Positions 24,700-34,687 of a DNA stretch of 44,653 nucleotides are shown piece after piece. The position numbers and the translations under genes are program-made. Below the pieces are notes generated by a model, which worked only from the letters and a program-made list of their open reading frames with translations, was not told the origin of the DNA and did not search any database. The stretch covers positions 1 to 44,653 of the forward strand of contig JAYWGJ010000076.1 of the NCBI GenBank assembly GCA_043778315.1, given 5' to 3'. The DNA comes from Saprospiraceae bacterium (GTDB lineage Bacteria > Bacteroidota > Bacteroidia > Chitinophagales > Saprospiraceae). Position 1 is the stretch's first letter. The number at the start of each line of letters is the position of its first letter.

Positions 24700-26571
24700 C
24701 TAGTTGGCTATTTCGTCCAATTCTACACGCAAATTCTCTATGATAAACTCTTGTCGGGCAGGCGTATTTTTGCCCATATAATAATCTAATATTTGTTCTA
24801 TCGACATGCCTTCGGGCAGAAAAACGGGGTCGAGGCGAATGTCCTCGCCTATAAACCGCCCAAATTCGTTCGGCGAAATCTCTCCGAGTCCTTTAAATCG
24901 AGTAATTTCGGGCTTGCCGCCCAATGTTTTTATCGCATTTTTACGCTCCTCTTCGGTGTAGCAATAAAATGTTTTTTGCTTGTTGCGAACGCGGAAAAGC
25001 GGCGTATCGAGTATGTACAAGTGACCGCCGCGCACGGTATCGGGGAAAAATTGCAAGAAAAAAGTGAGCAAAAGCAGCCGAATGTGCATACCATCTACGT
25101 CCGCGTCGGTCGCTACTACGATGCGGTTGTAGCGCAGGTCGTCGATGCCGTCTTCTATATTTAAGGCGTGTTGCAGGAGGTTGAACTCCTCGTTTTCGTA
25201 CACCACTTTTTTGGTCAATCCGTAGCAGTTGAGCGGCTTACCGCGCAAACTAAACACGGCTTGCGTCTGCACGTCGCGCGCTTTCGTGATGCTGCCCGAA
25301 GCGGAGTCACCTTCGGTGATGAATAGCGTCGAGTTGAAACGGTCGGGATTTTTGGCATCTTCGTTGAGGTGCAAGCGGCAATCGCGTAATTTTTTGTTGT
25401 GCAAATTTGCTTTTTTGGCGCGGTCGTTAGCGAGTTTTTTGATGCCTGCTATCTCTTTGCGCTCGCGCTCCGACTGTTGTATGCGCTTCAATAAGTCTTG
25501 CGCAACGGTCGGATTTTTGTGTAAAAAATTATCTAACTCCTTCTTAATGAAGTCATTAACGAAAGTACGAATAGAAATGCCGTCGGGCGAAATATTTTGC
25601 GAACCAAGTTTTGTTTTGGTCTGACTTTCAAAAACAGGCTCTTCGATGCGCACGCTGATAGCCGCAACAACGGAGGCGCGAATGTCTGCCGCCTCGAATT
25701 GTTTATTGTAAAACTCGCGGATTGTTTTGACTATCGCTTCGCGAAACGCCTGCAAATGCGTACCGCCTTGCGTCGTATTTTGCCCGTTCACGAACGAATG
25801 ATATTGCTCGCCGTACTGATTACTGTGCGAAATAGCGAGTTCGATATCGTCGCCGCGCAGGTGAATAATCGGATAGCGGAGGGCTTCATTTTGCGTCTTG
25901 CGGGTCAGCAAATCGAGCAAACCGTTTTTAGATTGGTAGGTTTTGCCGTTGAAAACAATCTTTAAACCGATGTTCAAATAGCAATAATTCCAAATCTGAT
26001 TTTCTATAAACTCGGGTATAAAACGGTAGTTTTTGAACACCGCATTATCAGGACGAAAACGGATAAATGTGCCGTTCGGCTCTGTACTTTTTATTATTTT
26101 ATGGTCGATTTTGAGGTGTCCCGTCTCAAATTCCGCGCTCTTAGTTTGTCCGTCGCGGATAGATTGCACCGAAAAGAAATGCGATAGCGCGTTCACGGCT
26201 TTCGTACCTACGCCGTTCAGTCCGACCGATTTTTTGAATGCATTGCTATCATATTTGCCGCCCGTATTGATTTTAGACACGCAATCCACTACTTTTCCGA
26301 GCGGAATGCCGCGCCCGTAGTCGCGCACCGTCACCTCGCCCTCGTTCATCGTGAGTTCGATAGTTTTGCCGTTGCCCATCACAAATTCGTCGATAGAATT
26401 GTCGATAACCTCTTTGACCAAAACGTAGATGCCGTCGTCGGGGCTGCTGCCGTCGCCGAGCTTCCCGATGTACATACCCGGGCGCAAGCGCATGTGTTCG
26501 CGCCAATCGAGGGAGCGAATGCTGTCGTCGTTATACTTTACGTCGGCGTGTTTATTTTCGTTGTCTTCCAT
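24700..26571 (-). CDS. parE: DNA topoisomerase IV subunit B (type IIA topoisomerase ATPase subunit)
   Basis: [49 protein letters not shown] and DADVDGMHI motifs. The 623-aa length and N-terminus fit the Bacteroidota ParE type rather than GyrB. Confidence 0.8.
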   Translation of the reverse strand: MEDNENKHADVKYNDDSIRSLDWREHMRLRPGMYIGKLGDGSSPDDGIYVLVKEVIDNSIDEFVMGNGKTIELTMNEGEVTVRDYGRGIPLGKVVDCVSKINTGGKYDSNAFKKSVGLNGVGTKAVNALSHFFSVQSIRDGQTKSAEFETGHLKIDHKIIKSTEPNGTFIRFRPDNAVFKNYRFIPEFIENQIWNYCYLNIGLKIVFNGKTYQSKNGLLDLLTRKTQNEALRYPIIHLRGDDIELAISHSNQYGEQYHSFVNGQNTTQGGTHLQAFREAIVKTIREFYNKQFEAADIRASVVAAISVRIEEPVFESQTKTKLGSQNISPDGISIRTFVNDFIKKELDNFLHKNPTVAQDLLKRIQQSERERKEIAGIKKLANDRAKKANLHNKKLRDCRLHLNEDAKNPDRFNSTLFITEGDSASGSITKARDVQTQAVFSLRGKPLNCYGLTKKVVYENEEFNLLQHALNIEDGIDDLRYNRIVVATDADVDGMHIRLLLLTFFLQFFPDTVRGGHLYILDTPLFRVRNKQKTFYCYTEEERKNAIKTLGGKPEITRFKGLGEISPNEFGRFIGEDIRLDPVFLPEGMSIEQILDYYMGKNTPARQEFIIENLRVELDEIAN

Positions 26572-26781
26572 CTTTGTTTCCGCTATTATATATATGTGTA
26601 TGTTCGGAGTGCAAAGATATGCAATTTGAGTTAAAACAAAATGTTTTTTATTTTATTTTTTTGTGTTATTTCTTATTTTAATTATAATGGTAATATAACA
26701 AGCGATGTGGTGTTTCGTTGGCACGAATATTGTGGCGATGAATTGTATTATAATTAAAATATTTATCTGACTGAAATATCT

Positions 26782-27228
26782 ATGTTTAGATTAAATTTAT
26801 CGTTTGCAAACTTTCGCGTATTAAAACGAGGGTTGCGGTTTCACCTCTTTTTCGGTTTAATCATAGGTACTATTGTTGCTATTCTGACTCACTTTATAAG
26901 CGCGGAAGATGGTTTCAAGGGATTTAAAAATATATTTTTATTTGGTTGGTTTATTATACTCACTTTGCGCCCCGTGCTTTTGATAATTGATATTTGTAAT
27001 GGAGAAAAGATAGTTTGTGAAGGCATTTTATCCTATCATGAATCTGATGGAGAAGGTGAAACTATGATACCTATTACCATTAATGATGGAAATATTAGAA
27101 TTGATGCAAGTAGTTTTAATTCAAAATATAAATGGGAGAAACACGTAATAGACAATCAAATACAGGTCATTTATTATACACCATATTCTAAAACTATACT
27201 GCAAATAGATGATTTTGAATTGCAATAA
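26782..27228 (+). CDS. Hypothetical membrane protein (2 TM helices plus a soluble C-terminal domain)
   Basis: AT-rich ORF. TAATG overlap with the next ORF's upstream ATG. Confidence 0.5.
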   Translation: MFRLNLSFANFRVLKRGLRFHLFFGLIIGTIVAILTHFISAEDGFKGFKNIFLFGWFIILTLRPVLLIIDICNGEKIVCEGILSYHESDGEGETMIPITINDGNIRIDASSFNSKYKWEKHVIDNQIQVIYYTPYSKTILQIDDFELQ

Positions 27229-27272
27229 TGCGATATAAGTCAGGCGTTTCCTATCAATTTCACTTTATTCCC

Positions 27273-27722
27273 ATGAAAAAAATACTATTTATGCTCTTTG
27301 GCATTATTGGTTTATACGGTATCGGTTTGGTTATCAATACTTTGCATAGTTTTTATGGTTTTGCGAAAGGCGTTCAAGAAGATTGTAAAAAGCAATTTGT
27401 CCAACGCAAGAAATTCATGCACGATTATTCTTTTCGCGGCGCAGTCGTATCAAAAAAATATTATAAGAATTGCGAAATTGGTAAATACAAACTAACTATT
27501 CACGTCAAACACGACACTACTTACGATAACCTTATAGATAATCAATACAGTAGTTACTATCACTTTAAGGAAGATTCGTTATTTTTGGCTGTGCCTAAAT
27601 CTTTATTTGAATCGGTGCAAGTAGGCGACACTTTAACAAAAAGCAAAGGCAACGCGGTTATTTTGAGTAGCCGTAGGCAAATAGAGGTATTCTCCGACGC
27701 GTCAGAAGAGTGGTTTAGATAG
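27273..27722 (+). CDS. Hypothetical N-terminally anchored protein. Start moved to MKKILF at 27273.
   Basis: MKKILFMLFGIIGLYGIGLVINTL is a signal or anchor sequence. AT-rich. Confidence 0.5.
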   Translation: MKKILFMLFGIIGLYGIGLVINTLHSFYGFAKGVQEDCKKQFVQRKKFMHDYSFRGAVVSKKYYKNCEIGKYKLTIHVKHDTTYDNLIDNQYSSYYHFKEDSLFLAVPKSLFESVQVGDTLTKSKGNAVILSSRRQIEVFSDASEEWFR

Positions 27723-27754
27723 AGTTATTACGCCCATTATCAAAAAAAATATCA

Positions 27755-27826
27755 AAAAAAATATTATTTGTTCTCTTTGGCATCGTTAGTTCATACGGTA
27801 TTATTTCGGTTATCAATACTTTATAG
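27755..27826 (+). pseudogene. Decayed 5' fragment of a paralog of the 27273..27722 gene
   Basis: KKILFVLFGIVSSYGIISVINTL* aligns with KKILFMLFGIIGLYGIGLVINTL. The ATG is replaced by ATT, and TCAAAAAAAATA is duplicated in tandem just upstream. Confidence 0.6.
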
Positions 27827-27830
27827 CATA

Positions 27831-27866
27831 AAAAACGCTACACAGCTTTGCTGCGTAGCGTTTTTT
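27831..27866. terminator. Bidirectional intrinsic terminator
   Basis: AAAAACGCTACACAG-CTTTG-CTGCGTAGCGTTTTT (one mismatch), between convergent genes. Confidence 0.75.
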
Positions 27867-27914
27867 AATTACAATTGAATAGTATTTATAAATTATCACG
27901 CGGTTTCGTGCGCA

Positions 27915-27954
27915 ACTGTTCACTATTCACTGTTAGTTGTTCACTGAAAAAAAC
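27915..27954 (-). repeat. GTTCACT-family repeat block immediately 3' of the stop of ORF 27955..28785
   Basis: ACTGTTCACTATTCACTGTTAGTTGTTCACTGAAAAAAAC. Confidence 0.85.
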
Positions 27955-28785
27955 TTATTTCCCCGTTTTCACGGGTGTTGCCGCGCCGCCTGCTATTGGT
28001 TTAGATACCTTTAATACGATGTCGTGTTTGCGTTTGTCTTGGAGCGAGCCGAAATTGGTATTTGCCCAAATGAGTTGCGCTTCTTCGCCCGTAGCGGTTT
28101 TCATGATGAGTTGTTTAATCATGCGTTTGTTGGGGCGTTCCTCAAAAGTCGCGTCTTTGTACGAGTCGCGCAGGATGCTCTCGAGTCGCAAGTAAGTGAC
28201 TTCGGCAGCCTCTTTGGTTACTGCGGCATTTTGCGCGAAGTAGCTTTGATGTACTGATGGCGCTGCTTTTGCACTGATGTCGGTCTTGGCGGATTGCGGC
28301 AGCGTGAGGCTCGACTCGAACATACCCGAGCCTTCTTTACCGATGACCGCGCCTTTTTCGGCAATGAAATTACCTTGTGCCGCTGCCAAAATGTCATCCA
28401 ATGATTTTTTGAACTGCTCGTCGAAGGTAGGCTCGGCATACGCCGCAGCCGCTTTTGGCTTTCCCTTTCCTTTTTTACCTTTGGCGGGTGCAGCCGCCGC
28501 TACTGGCTCGGGTGCGCTCACAAACTCGGGGAGTTTGACCAAGTCCACACTTCCGCGATTGGGGCAGCCCATACAAGCCGTATCGCCTTTCACTTTGGGG
28601 CAGCCGTCTTTATCGTCCATTACGCCGTCGCCGTCAGAGTCGACGTTTGCGCCTGCCGTACCTTTGGCTGCTGCCATTTTAGCATCGCGGCGGTCTGCTT
28701 GTGCCGAAGCGTGTTGCGCCGTCGCGCCCATCAATACAACGACTGCGAAAGTCGCTACGAACTGTTTTTTTGAGATAAATTGCAT
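27955..28785 (-). CDS. Secreted protein with a thrombospondin type-3-like Ca-binding repeat and a Lys/Ala-rich linker
   Basis: Signal peptide ending AQHASAQA. DSDGDGVMDDKDGCP motif. The remainder is unassigned. Confidence 0.55.
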   Translation of the reverse strand: MQFISKKQFVATFAVVVLMGATAQHASAQADRRDAKMAAAKGTAGANVDSDGDGVMDDKDGCPKVKGDTACMGCPNRGSVDLVKLPEFVSAPEPVAAAAPAKGKKGKGKPKAAAAYAEPTFDEQFKKSLDDILAAAQGNFIAEKGAVIGKEGSGMFESSLTLPQSAKTDISAKAAPSVHQSYFAQNAAVTKEAAEVTYLRLESILRDSYKDATFEERPNKRMIKQLIMKTATGEEAQLIWANTNFGSLQDKRKHDIVLKVSKPIAGGAATPVKTGK

Positions 28786-29028
28786 GATTTTTTATTGAAA
28801 ATTAAAAATGATGAGACATTGAGTACTGATTTATAATATTATAGCTGTATAATCTGTTGCAAATGTATTCCAAAAATTTGAAATGAGGTACATATTTGAA
28901 ATAAAAACGTGACAGCCTTATTTTTTATTGTAACAACCTTTAAAATAATTGCATATTTTATACCAAAAATCATACTTAACAAAACATTATAAGTATGTAA
29001 TATTGTAATACTGATTTGACTAATAATT

Positions 29029-30111
29029 TTACCAATACTGAAAAACTGATAACAAAGGATAATGGTCAGAGCCGCCTTCGCGCAACACCTTGAAATACGA
29101 AGATTTTAGTTTTTGGTCTAACAAAACATGGTCGATACTGAGCGCGGGTAGTTTGCCTGCATAGGTAAAACTGAATCCGCTACCACTCTTTTTGAACGCA
29201 TCTTGCAAGCTGCCCGCGAGGGTTTGATAGGCGTAGGAAGATGGCGTATCGTTAAAATCGCCGCAAACAACGACTGGATACGGGCTGTTTCGGATAGAAT
29301 CAGACAACATTTCTACTTGTGCGGCACGCTTTACAAAGCCTCTATATAGTTTGTGCAAGGTGCGTGCGTAGGTTTGTTGCTCATCTTTGTGCATCAGTTC
29401 GTCCAAGTCGCTTACAAATTCATCGGCATCTTTACCGAGTCTAAACGACTGTAAATGAACGTTATATACTCTAATTATCTTATCGGTATCCACTATGATA
29501 TCAGCATACATTACGCTGTTGGAGGAGTTCGGGAAACGGAAACCGTTATAATTTTTTATTGGGAACCGCGAAAATATTTCATTTTGTGACTTTGTGAAAT
29601 CTGACGCATGATACTCGTGGTCGATGTGTGGCAGATTTTCGGTCGCGGACGAAGGAACTTGCTTCGTATAATTAGATTCTTGAAAACACATAATATCTGC
29701 ATCTTGACGCATAATGAGTTCGATAGCTTTGCGCGGACGATTTAGATTTTTTGTGACATCATAAATATACCTCAAACTGAGGTCACCATGTACATTATAG
29801 CTTAATAAACGAATGCCAGGCGGCGGCGAAGGTGCTTTTGCACGAAATTGAAATATGCCATTAAAATGTGACAGCCCAAGAATAAAAACAAAAAATAAGT
29901 AAAATGCCATCATTCTATACTTAAGTATTGCCCAAAAAAATAAAATTATTTGTCCCAAAGCAATAAATGGATAAGCTAACCCAAAAAAAGGCAACCACCA
30001 AACGGTGTTTGGCGAAATATAGGGTGCTAAATTTGCTAAAAGCGAACTCAGCAATACTACCCATGCAGATATGGCAAATAAAGAGCGTATTAACCACGAT
30101 AAAATCTTCAT
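29029..30111 (-). CDS. Membrane-anchored endonuclease/exonuclease/phosphatase (EEP) family protein
   Basis: N-terminal TM helices, then LLSYNVH, CFQE, VVCGDFNDTP and GSDHYPL motifs. Confidence 0.8.
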   Translation of the reverse strand: MKILSWLIRSLFAISAWVVLLSSLLANLAPYISPNTVWWLPFFGLAYPFIALGQIILFFWAILKYRMMAFYLFFVFILGLSHFNGIFQFRAKAPSPPPGIRLLSYNVHGDLSLRYIYDVTKNLNRPRKAIELIMRQDADIMCFQESNYTKQVPSSATENLPHIDHEYHASDFTKSQNEIFSRFPIKNYNGFRFPNSSNSVMYADIIVDTDKIIRVYNVHLQSFRLGKDADEFVSDLDELMHKDEQQTYARTLHKLYRGFVKRAAQVEMLSDSIRNSPYPVVVCGDFNDTPSSYAYQTLAGSLQDAFKKSGSGFSFTYAGKLPALSIDHVLLDQKLKSSYFKVLREGGSDHYPLLSVFQYW

Positions 30112-30127
30112 ATTTTTATATTTTAAC

Positions 30128-31036
30128 TTATATTTTTAGTTTTAAACTGTTGCTGCATACGCAACCTAATTTCCACAAATCAAAAACTAAAAGTGATGGT
30201 TTGGAACTGTTTAAATTTCGTAATAAATAACTTTTTGTGACCCCAAAAAAAGTTGTCACTAAATTAATCATTTTTATTTTTTTTATAATCAAAAAATAAC
30301 GCATTAATTTGACCTCGGCTAACCATTCATTTTCGTATAAATTCAATTGATATAATTGCAATAAATTAATAATACCTTGTCCTGTTTTGGCAATAAAAGT
30401 AGGCGCGTCCTCCAAACCAATATGCACTAACGGATTGTCTATATGCTGAATAATGATATTTTTTTGACCTAATTCGTAGCCAAATAACGTGTCCTCGTGT
30501 CCGTAATTCGTAATCGTTTCGTTAAATTTTACTTGCTCGAAAACGGCTTTTGATACCATGAAATTGAACGTAATAAACGACCTATTCGGGTGCAACTCGC
30601 GCACTCGGGCAGGCGCACATTCGCGCTGTACACCGTAGAGCCAACGAAAATACCAAGCCTCAAATTGCACTTTTTCAGTGTAAACGCGACCACCATAAAC
30701 CACTTTTTGCGCACCGTCTATCAAGTCAATATACCTTTCAAGATATTGATTATCAACAGTTTCGGCATCACAGTCCATAAAAATAAGGTAGTCGTATTGC
30801 GCTTCTTGCGCCAATAAATTACGGATAGTGGCACGACCAATATTTTTATCTAAACCAATAAATCGTGTATTTTTATACGCCAAAATACTTTTATTAATCG
30901 CTACAAAATCACCCTGCGAAGCATCGTCTATCACCAATATTTCATAAGGCATATTCGCCGCTAACGCTTGTTTTACAAGGCTGGCAACGAGTCCGCAAAT
31001 ATCGTAATTATAAACTGGCAAGCAAATAGTGTACAT
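30128..31036 (-). CDS. Family 2 glycosyltransferase
   Basis: ICLPVYN...ILVIDDAS...FMDCDA (DXD-like) pattern, 302 aa. Confidence 0.75.
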   Translation of the reverse strand: MYTICLPVYNYDICGLVASLVKQALAANMPYEILVIDDASQGDFVAINKSILAYKNTRFIGLDKNIGRATIRNLLAQEAQYDYLIFMDCDAETVDNQYLERYIDLIDGAQKVVYGGRVYTEKVQFEAWYFRWLYGVQRECAPARVRELHPNRSFITFNFMVSKAVFEQVKFNETITNYGHEDTLFGYELGQKNIIIQHIDNPLVHIGLEDAPTFIAKTGQGIINLLQLYQLNLYENEWLAEVKLMRYFLIIKKIKMINLVTTFFGVTKSYLLRNLNSSKPSLLVFDLWKLGCVCSNSLKLKI

Positions 31037-31188
31037 AAATTCTATTAAAATTAAGCCGCGTTGCCGTGCTATGAATTATAATTAATTTAAAACATCTTAT
31101 AAAACTATAATTTCGACGGCTAAGATACTACCTTTGTATTATAAAACGAACGGTTTATTTATTATAATACATAATCTATTGATATACA

Positions 31189-32544
31189 ATGCAATATAAA
31201 AATAATATTTTAGAAACTATCGGCAATACGCCCTTAGTGCGCCTCAATAAAATCATGGCAGGCATACCCGCTTTGGTCTTGGCGAAAATAGAAACGACCA
31301 ACCCTGGCAACTCGGTGAAAGACCGAATGGCGGTCAAAATGATTGACGACGCGGAGGCGAGCGGGCTGCTCAAACCTGGCGGGACTATCATCGAGTGTAC
31401 GTCTGGCAATACGGGAATGGGCTTGGCGATAGCGGCGTGTGTGCGTGGCTACCGTTGTATTTTTACTACCTCCGACAAGCAATCGAAGGAGAAAGTAGAT
31501 ATGCTCAAAGCGGCTGGCGCAGAGGTAATCGTCTGCCCGACAAACGTCGAGCCGACCGACCCGCGCTCGTATTACTCTGTGGCAGAGCGACTTAATAAAT
31601 CAACGCCTAACTCGTGGTGGGCAAATCAGTACGATAATTTATCGAACAGAACAGCGCATTACGAAAGTACTGGACCCGAAATTTGGGCGCAAACCGAAGG
31701 GAAAATTACTCATTTTGTGGTAGGCGTAGGCACGGGCGGAACTATCTCGGGTGTCGCGAAATACCTCAAAGAACAAAATCCTGACGTGCAAATTATCGGT
31801 ATCGATACTTATGGTTCGGTATTCAAAAAATACCACGAAACGGGTATTTTTGACGAAAAGGAAATTTATTCGTACATTACCGAAGGTATAGGCGAGGATA
31901 TTTTGCCCAAAAATGTGGATTTTTCGCTTATCGACCATTTCGAAAAAGTGAGCGATAAAGATGCTGCTATATATACGCGCAAAATCGCGCAAATGGAGGG
32001 TATTTTGGCGGGCAACTCGGCAGGCTCGGCAGTAGCTGGCATTTTGCAGATGAGAGACCGCTTTAAGCCGACCGATGTAGTCGTTGTGTTGTTTCACGAC
32101 CATGCGTCGCGCTACGTCGCTAAGTTTTTTAATGATGCGTGGATGCGCGAACGCGGCTTTTTGGACGATGCACTTACGGTGCGCAATATTGTAGAAAAAC
32201 GGACTGGAAACAATTTTTTCCATGTCACAAAAACAACAAAATTGCGCGACGCTTTGCAGTTGATGAAAGACAACGATGTGTCGCAACTGCCTGTTATGGA
32301 AGGCGACGCGGCGGTCGGTACACTGTTAGAAACAAACCTCCTCAACGCGCTGCTCGAACACTCGGTCAGCATGAGCGACGACGTAGCGGCGGTGATGAGC
32401 GAGCCGCTTCCGATGGTCGATATCGAGATGCCGTGTGATAAATTGTCACATTACATGAATAAAAATACGCCTGCCGTTCTAACTCGCGACATGGCGGGTA
32501 CGCTGCACGTTATTTCTCACTACGACATCATACAAACGCTGTAA
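31189..32544 (+). CDS. Cystathionine beta-synthase-type PLP enzyme (CysK/CBS fold plus a C-terminal CBS-domain pair)
   Basis: GNTPLV, NPGNSVKDR (PLP lysine), SGNTG and GVGTGGTISG motifs, plus a C-terminal tandem CBS region. Confidence 0.85.
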   Translation: MQYKNNILETIGNTPLVRLNKIMAGIPALVLAKIETTNPGNSVKDRMAVKMIDDAEASGLLKPGGTIIECTSGNTGMGLAIAACVRGYRCIFTTSDKQSKEKVDMLKAAGAEVIVCPTNVEPTDPRSYYSVAERLNKSTPNSWWANQYDNLSNRTAHYESTGPEIWAQTEGKITHFVVGVGTGGTISGVAKYLKEQNPDVQIIGIDTYGSVFKKYHETGIFDEKEIYSYITEGIGEDILPKNVDFSLIDHFEKVSDKDAAIYTRKIAQMEGILAGNSAGSAVAGILQMRDRFKPTDVVVVLFHDHASRYVAKFFNDAWMRERGFLDDALTVRNIVEKRTGNNFFHVTKTTKLRDALQLMKDNDVSQLPVMEGDAAVGTLLETNLLNALLEHSVSMSDDVAAVMSEPLPMVDIEMPCDKLSHYMNKNTPAVLTRDMAGTLHVISHYDIIQTL

Positions 32545-32558
32545 GCACTCTTAATTTT

Positions 32559-33596
32559 ATGGATAAAAAAATAAACGCACTGCTGCAACTTGCCGACTAC
32601 TTGCGCGCGCCGCTTACCGACGAACTCGACGCGATAATGACACGCACAACGATTGAAAATCAATGGTTTACACGCGAAAATCAGTTGATTGCGTTAGATG
32701 CAATTGCCAATCATTTTTTGGACGAGCAGCAGCTTCGCGGTTGGTTGAGCCGATATGATTTTAGCGAAAACGACCAAAATTATAGTGAAAATACGCCACT
32801 AAAAACGGTCGGTATAGTGATGGCGGGCAACCTGCCGTTGGTGGGTTTTCACGATTTTTTGTGCGTATTTGTAAGTGGCTGCCGTGCGGTGATAAAGTTA
32901 TCAGACAAAGACAAACGTCTCTTGCCGTTTTTGGTGCAAAAACTAACTGAATATTATCCTGAAATGGCAAATTTGGTTGTTTTCCAAGATAATTTAAAGG
33001 AAATTGATGCTTTAATTGCGACAGGTAGTACAAATACAAGTCGTTATTTTGACTATTATTTTAGCAAAATACCACATATTATTCGCAAAAATAGAACCTC
33101 CGTAGCGGTATTGCGCGGCAGCGAAACAGAGGAAGAATTCCATCAATTAGGCATCGATATTTTTCGTTATTTTGGTTTGGGCTGTCGCAATGTAGCTAAA
33201 TTGTACGTCCCGCGTGGCTACGATTTCAACTTATTATTAGAGAAATTGCACGACTTCAATTCGTTGGTTTTACATCATAAATACAAAAATAATTTTGATT
33301 ATAATTTCACGCTGACGATACTCAATAAAGTCCCGCATCTCAGCAACGGCTGCACTATTTTGGTCGAGGAAAAAGTGTTGCATTCGCGTATCGCGATGCT
33401 GCATTATGAGTATTATGACGCGCTCGAGGAAGTACAAACCGCTATTACGGCGCAATATGACGCGATACAGTGTGTGGTTGGCAATGTCAAATTGGCGGAT
33501 ATTGAGGTCTTGCCATTTGGTAAAACGCAGCAGCCAGAACTCTGGGATTACGCCGACCGAATGGATACGATGGCGTGGCTTAACGAGCTACGATAA
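32559..33596 (+). CDS. LuxC-like acyl-CoA reductase family protein
   Basis: 345 aa. The MAGNLPLVGFHDF and GLGCRN segments resemble the Bacteroidota acyl-CoA reductase family (recalled, not searched). Confidence 0.55.
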   Translation: MDKKINALLQLADYLRAPLTDELDAIMTRTTIENQWFTRENQLIALDAIANHFLDEQQLRGWLSRYDFSENDQNYSENTPLKTVGIVMAGNLPLVGFHDFLCVFVSGCRAVIKLSDKDKRLLPFLVQKLTEYYPEMANLVVFQDNLKEIDALIATGSTNTSRYFDYYFSKIPHIIRKNRTSVAVLRGSETEEEFHQLGIDIFRYFGLGCRNVAKLYVPRGYDFNLLLEKLHDFNSLVLHHKYKNNFDYNFTLTILNKVPHLSNGCTILVEEKVLHSRIAMLHYEYYDALEEVQTAITAQYDAIQCVVGNVKLADIEVLPFGKTQQPELWDYADRMDTMAWLNELR

Positions 33597-33598
33597 AT

Positions 33599-33653
33599 GC
33601 GCCGAAACGCTGTTCCGTTGATATACACGCCGAAACAGCGTTTCGGCACACTT
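33599..33653. repeat. REP-like element, best-preserved copy
   Basis: GCCGAAACGCTGTT (33601-33614) is the exact reverse complement of AACAGCGTTTCGGC (33634-33647). A local hairpin GCCGAAAC-AGC-GTTTCGGC spans 33629-33647. Confidence 0.8.
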
Positions 33654-33672
33654 TTAACTTTTGTAAAAAAAT

Positions 33673-33912
33673 ATGTCTAAAAAAATCTCTTTATTAGTTT
33701 TTTGCTGCTTAGTAGCGGCGAGTGTAATGGCGCAAACTGCTACGGGCGGTCAGATGAATTTTTTTGTGGACAAAGGCATCGGAATTTTTGCGGTAATTGC
33801 GATAGTGATTTCGTGGAGTCGCAATAAATCTATTCTTTGGTGCTTAATTCACGGAATGTTGGGTTTTGGTTACATTATTTATTATTACTCTGTGTTGAAA
33901 AATAAAGATTAA
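33673..33912 (+). CDS. Small membrane protein (signal peptide plus 2 TM helices)
   Basis: 79 aa, MSKKISLLVFCCLVAASVMAQ followed by two hydrophobic helices. Confidence 0.5.
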   Translation: MSKKISLLVFCCLVAASVMAQTATGGQMNFFVDKGIGIFAVIAIVISWSRNKSILWCLIHGMLGFGYIIYYYSVLKNKD

Positions 33913-33935
33913 GTTGTTCTGTTCTTTATATTTAA

Positions 33936-34604
33936 TTGACTCAAAACGTGCGGTTTAAACCAAGCTATTTCGCGCAAGATGCGCCTAAGCGTGTCTTGCG
34001 CTTGTTGCTACATTTGCGTAAAACGAACGTGCGGGAGGTACGTTGGTGGATAGTATTATCACTGCTTATTGCAGAACTTTTGGGCGTATTTGATGTATAC
34101 GAAATGGTCAATCGGTGGTTGCTGCCTGGCGTTGGGCGACTAACCGCAGCGCAGCGATTGGCGGCAGAATCTGTATTTGGCGAAAGCCTAAATTACGACC
34201 GTATTTTGATAGATAATCATGCGGCTATCGCCTGTAAAAAAGGCAATTTTGCGTATGTTTCTTTCCATATTGTCAATCATTTCGGACGCATAGAGGATTG
34301 GCATTTGATACACGAACTCATGCACGTTTGGCAATACGAGCGCGTCGGCGCACCTTATATATTATATGCGTTGCAGGCGCAACACTCGCCCGAAAGCTAC
34401 AATTACGGCGGAACGATGGGGCTCATCGAACACCAAAAAATGGGTTTGCGTGCCTTCAATTTTGAGCAACAAGCCGATATTATCGCCGATTATTTTCGTA
34501 TAACAACGGGTTTAAAGCCGCAGTGGAGCGATGCAGTTGCTACGGAATTATACGAGTTCTATATTGAGGAGTTGCGCGGCGGTATTTATTGTAGAGAAAG
34601 CTGA
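33936..34604 (+). CDS. DUF4157-like zincin metallopeptidase-fold protein (HExxH). TTG start is uncertain; an internal ATG lies at 34104.
   Basis: ESVFGESLNYDRILID...AYVSFHIV...LIHELMHVWQYE follows the DUF4157 pattern (FG.D...VR...A.T.G..I.F...L.HEL.HV.Q). HELMH is encoded at 34311-34325. Confidence 0.6.
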   Translation: MTQNVRFKPSYFAQDAPKRVLRLLLHLRKTNVREVRWWIVLSLLIAELLGVFDVYEMVNRWLLPGVGRLTAAQRLAAESVFGESLNYDRILIDNHAAIACKKGNFAYVSFHIVNHFGRIEDWHLIHELMHVWQYERVGAPYILYALQAQHSPESYNYGGTMGLIEHQKMGLRAFNFEQQADIIADYFRITTGLKPQWSDAVATELYEFYIEELRGGIYCRES

Positions 34605-34627
34605 TTTTTTGTGATTTGTTTTATCTA

Positions 34628-34687
34628 TTTGTGACAAAATAGAAATATTTTTTTTATATTTGTGACACTGATTTTTTGTTTGTCACA
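34628..34687 (+). promoter_or_regulatory. Candidate promoter (TTTG ... TATATTTG) overlapped by a TGTGACA-N13-TGTCACA inverted repeat, with an extra upstream TGTGACA
   Basis: TATATTTG at 34655-34662. TGTGACA at 34630-34636 and 34661-34667. TGTCACA at 34681-34687. CTGATTTTTTGT occurs at 34601 and 34668. Confidence 0.5.
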
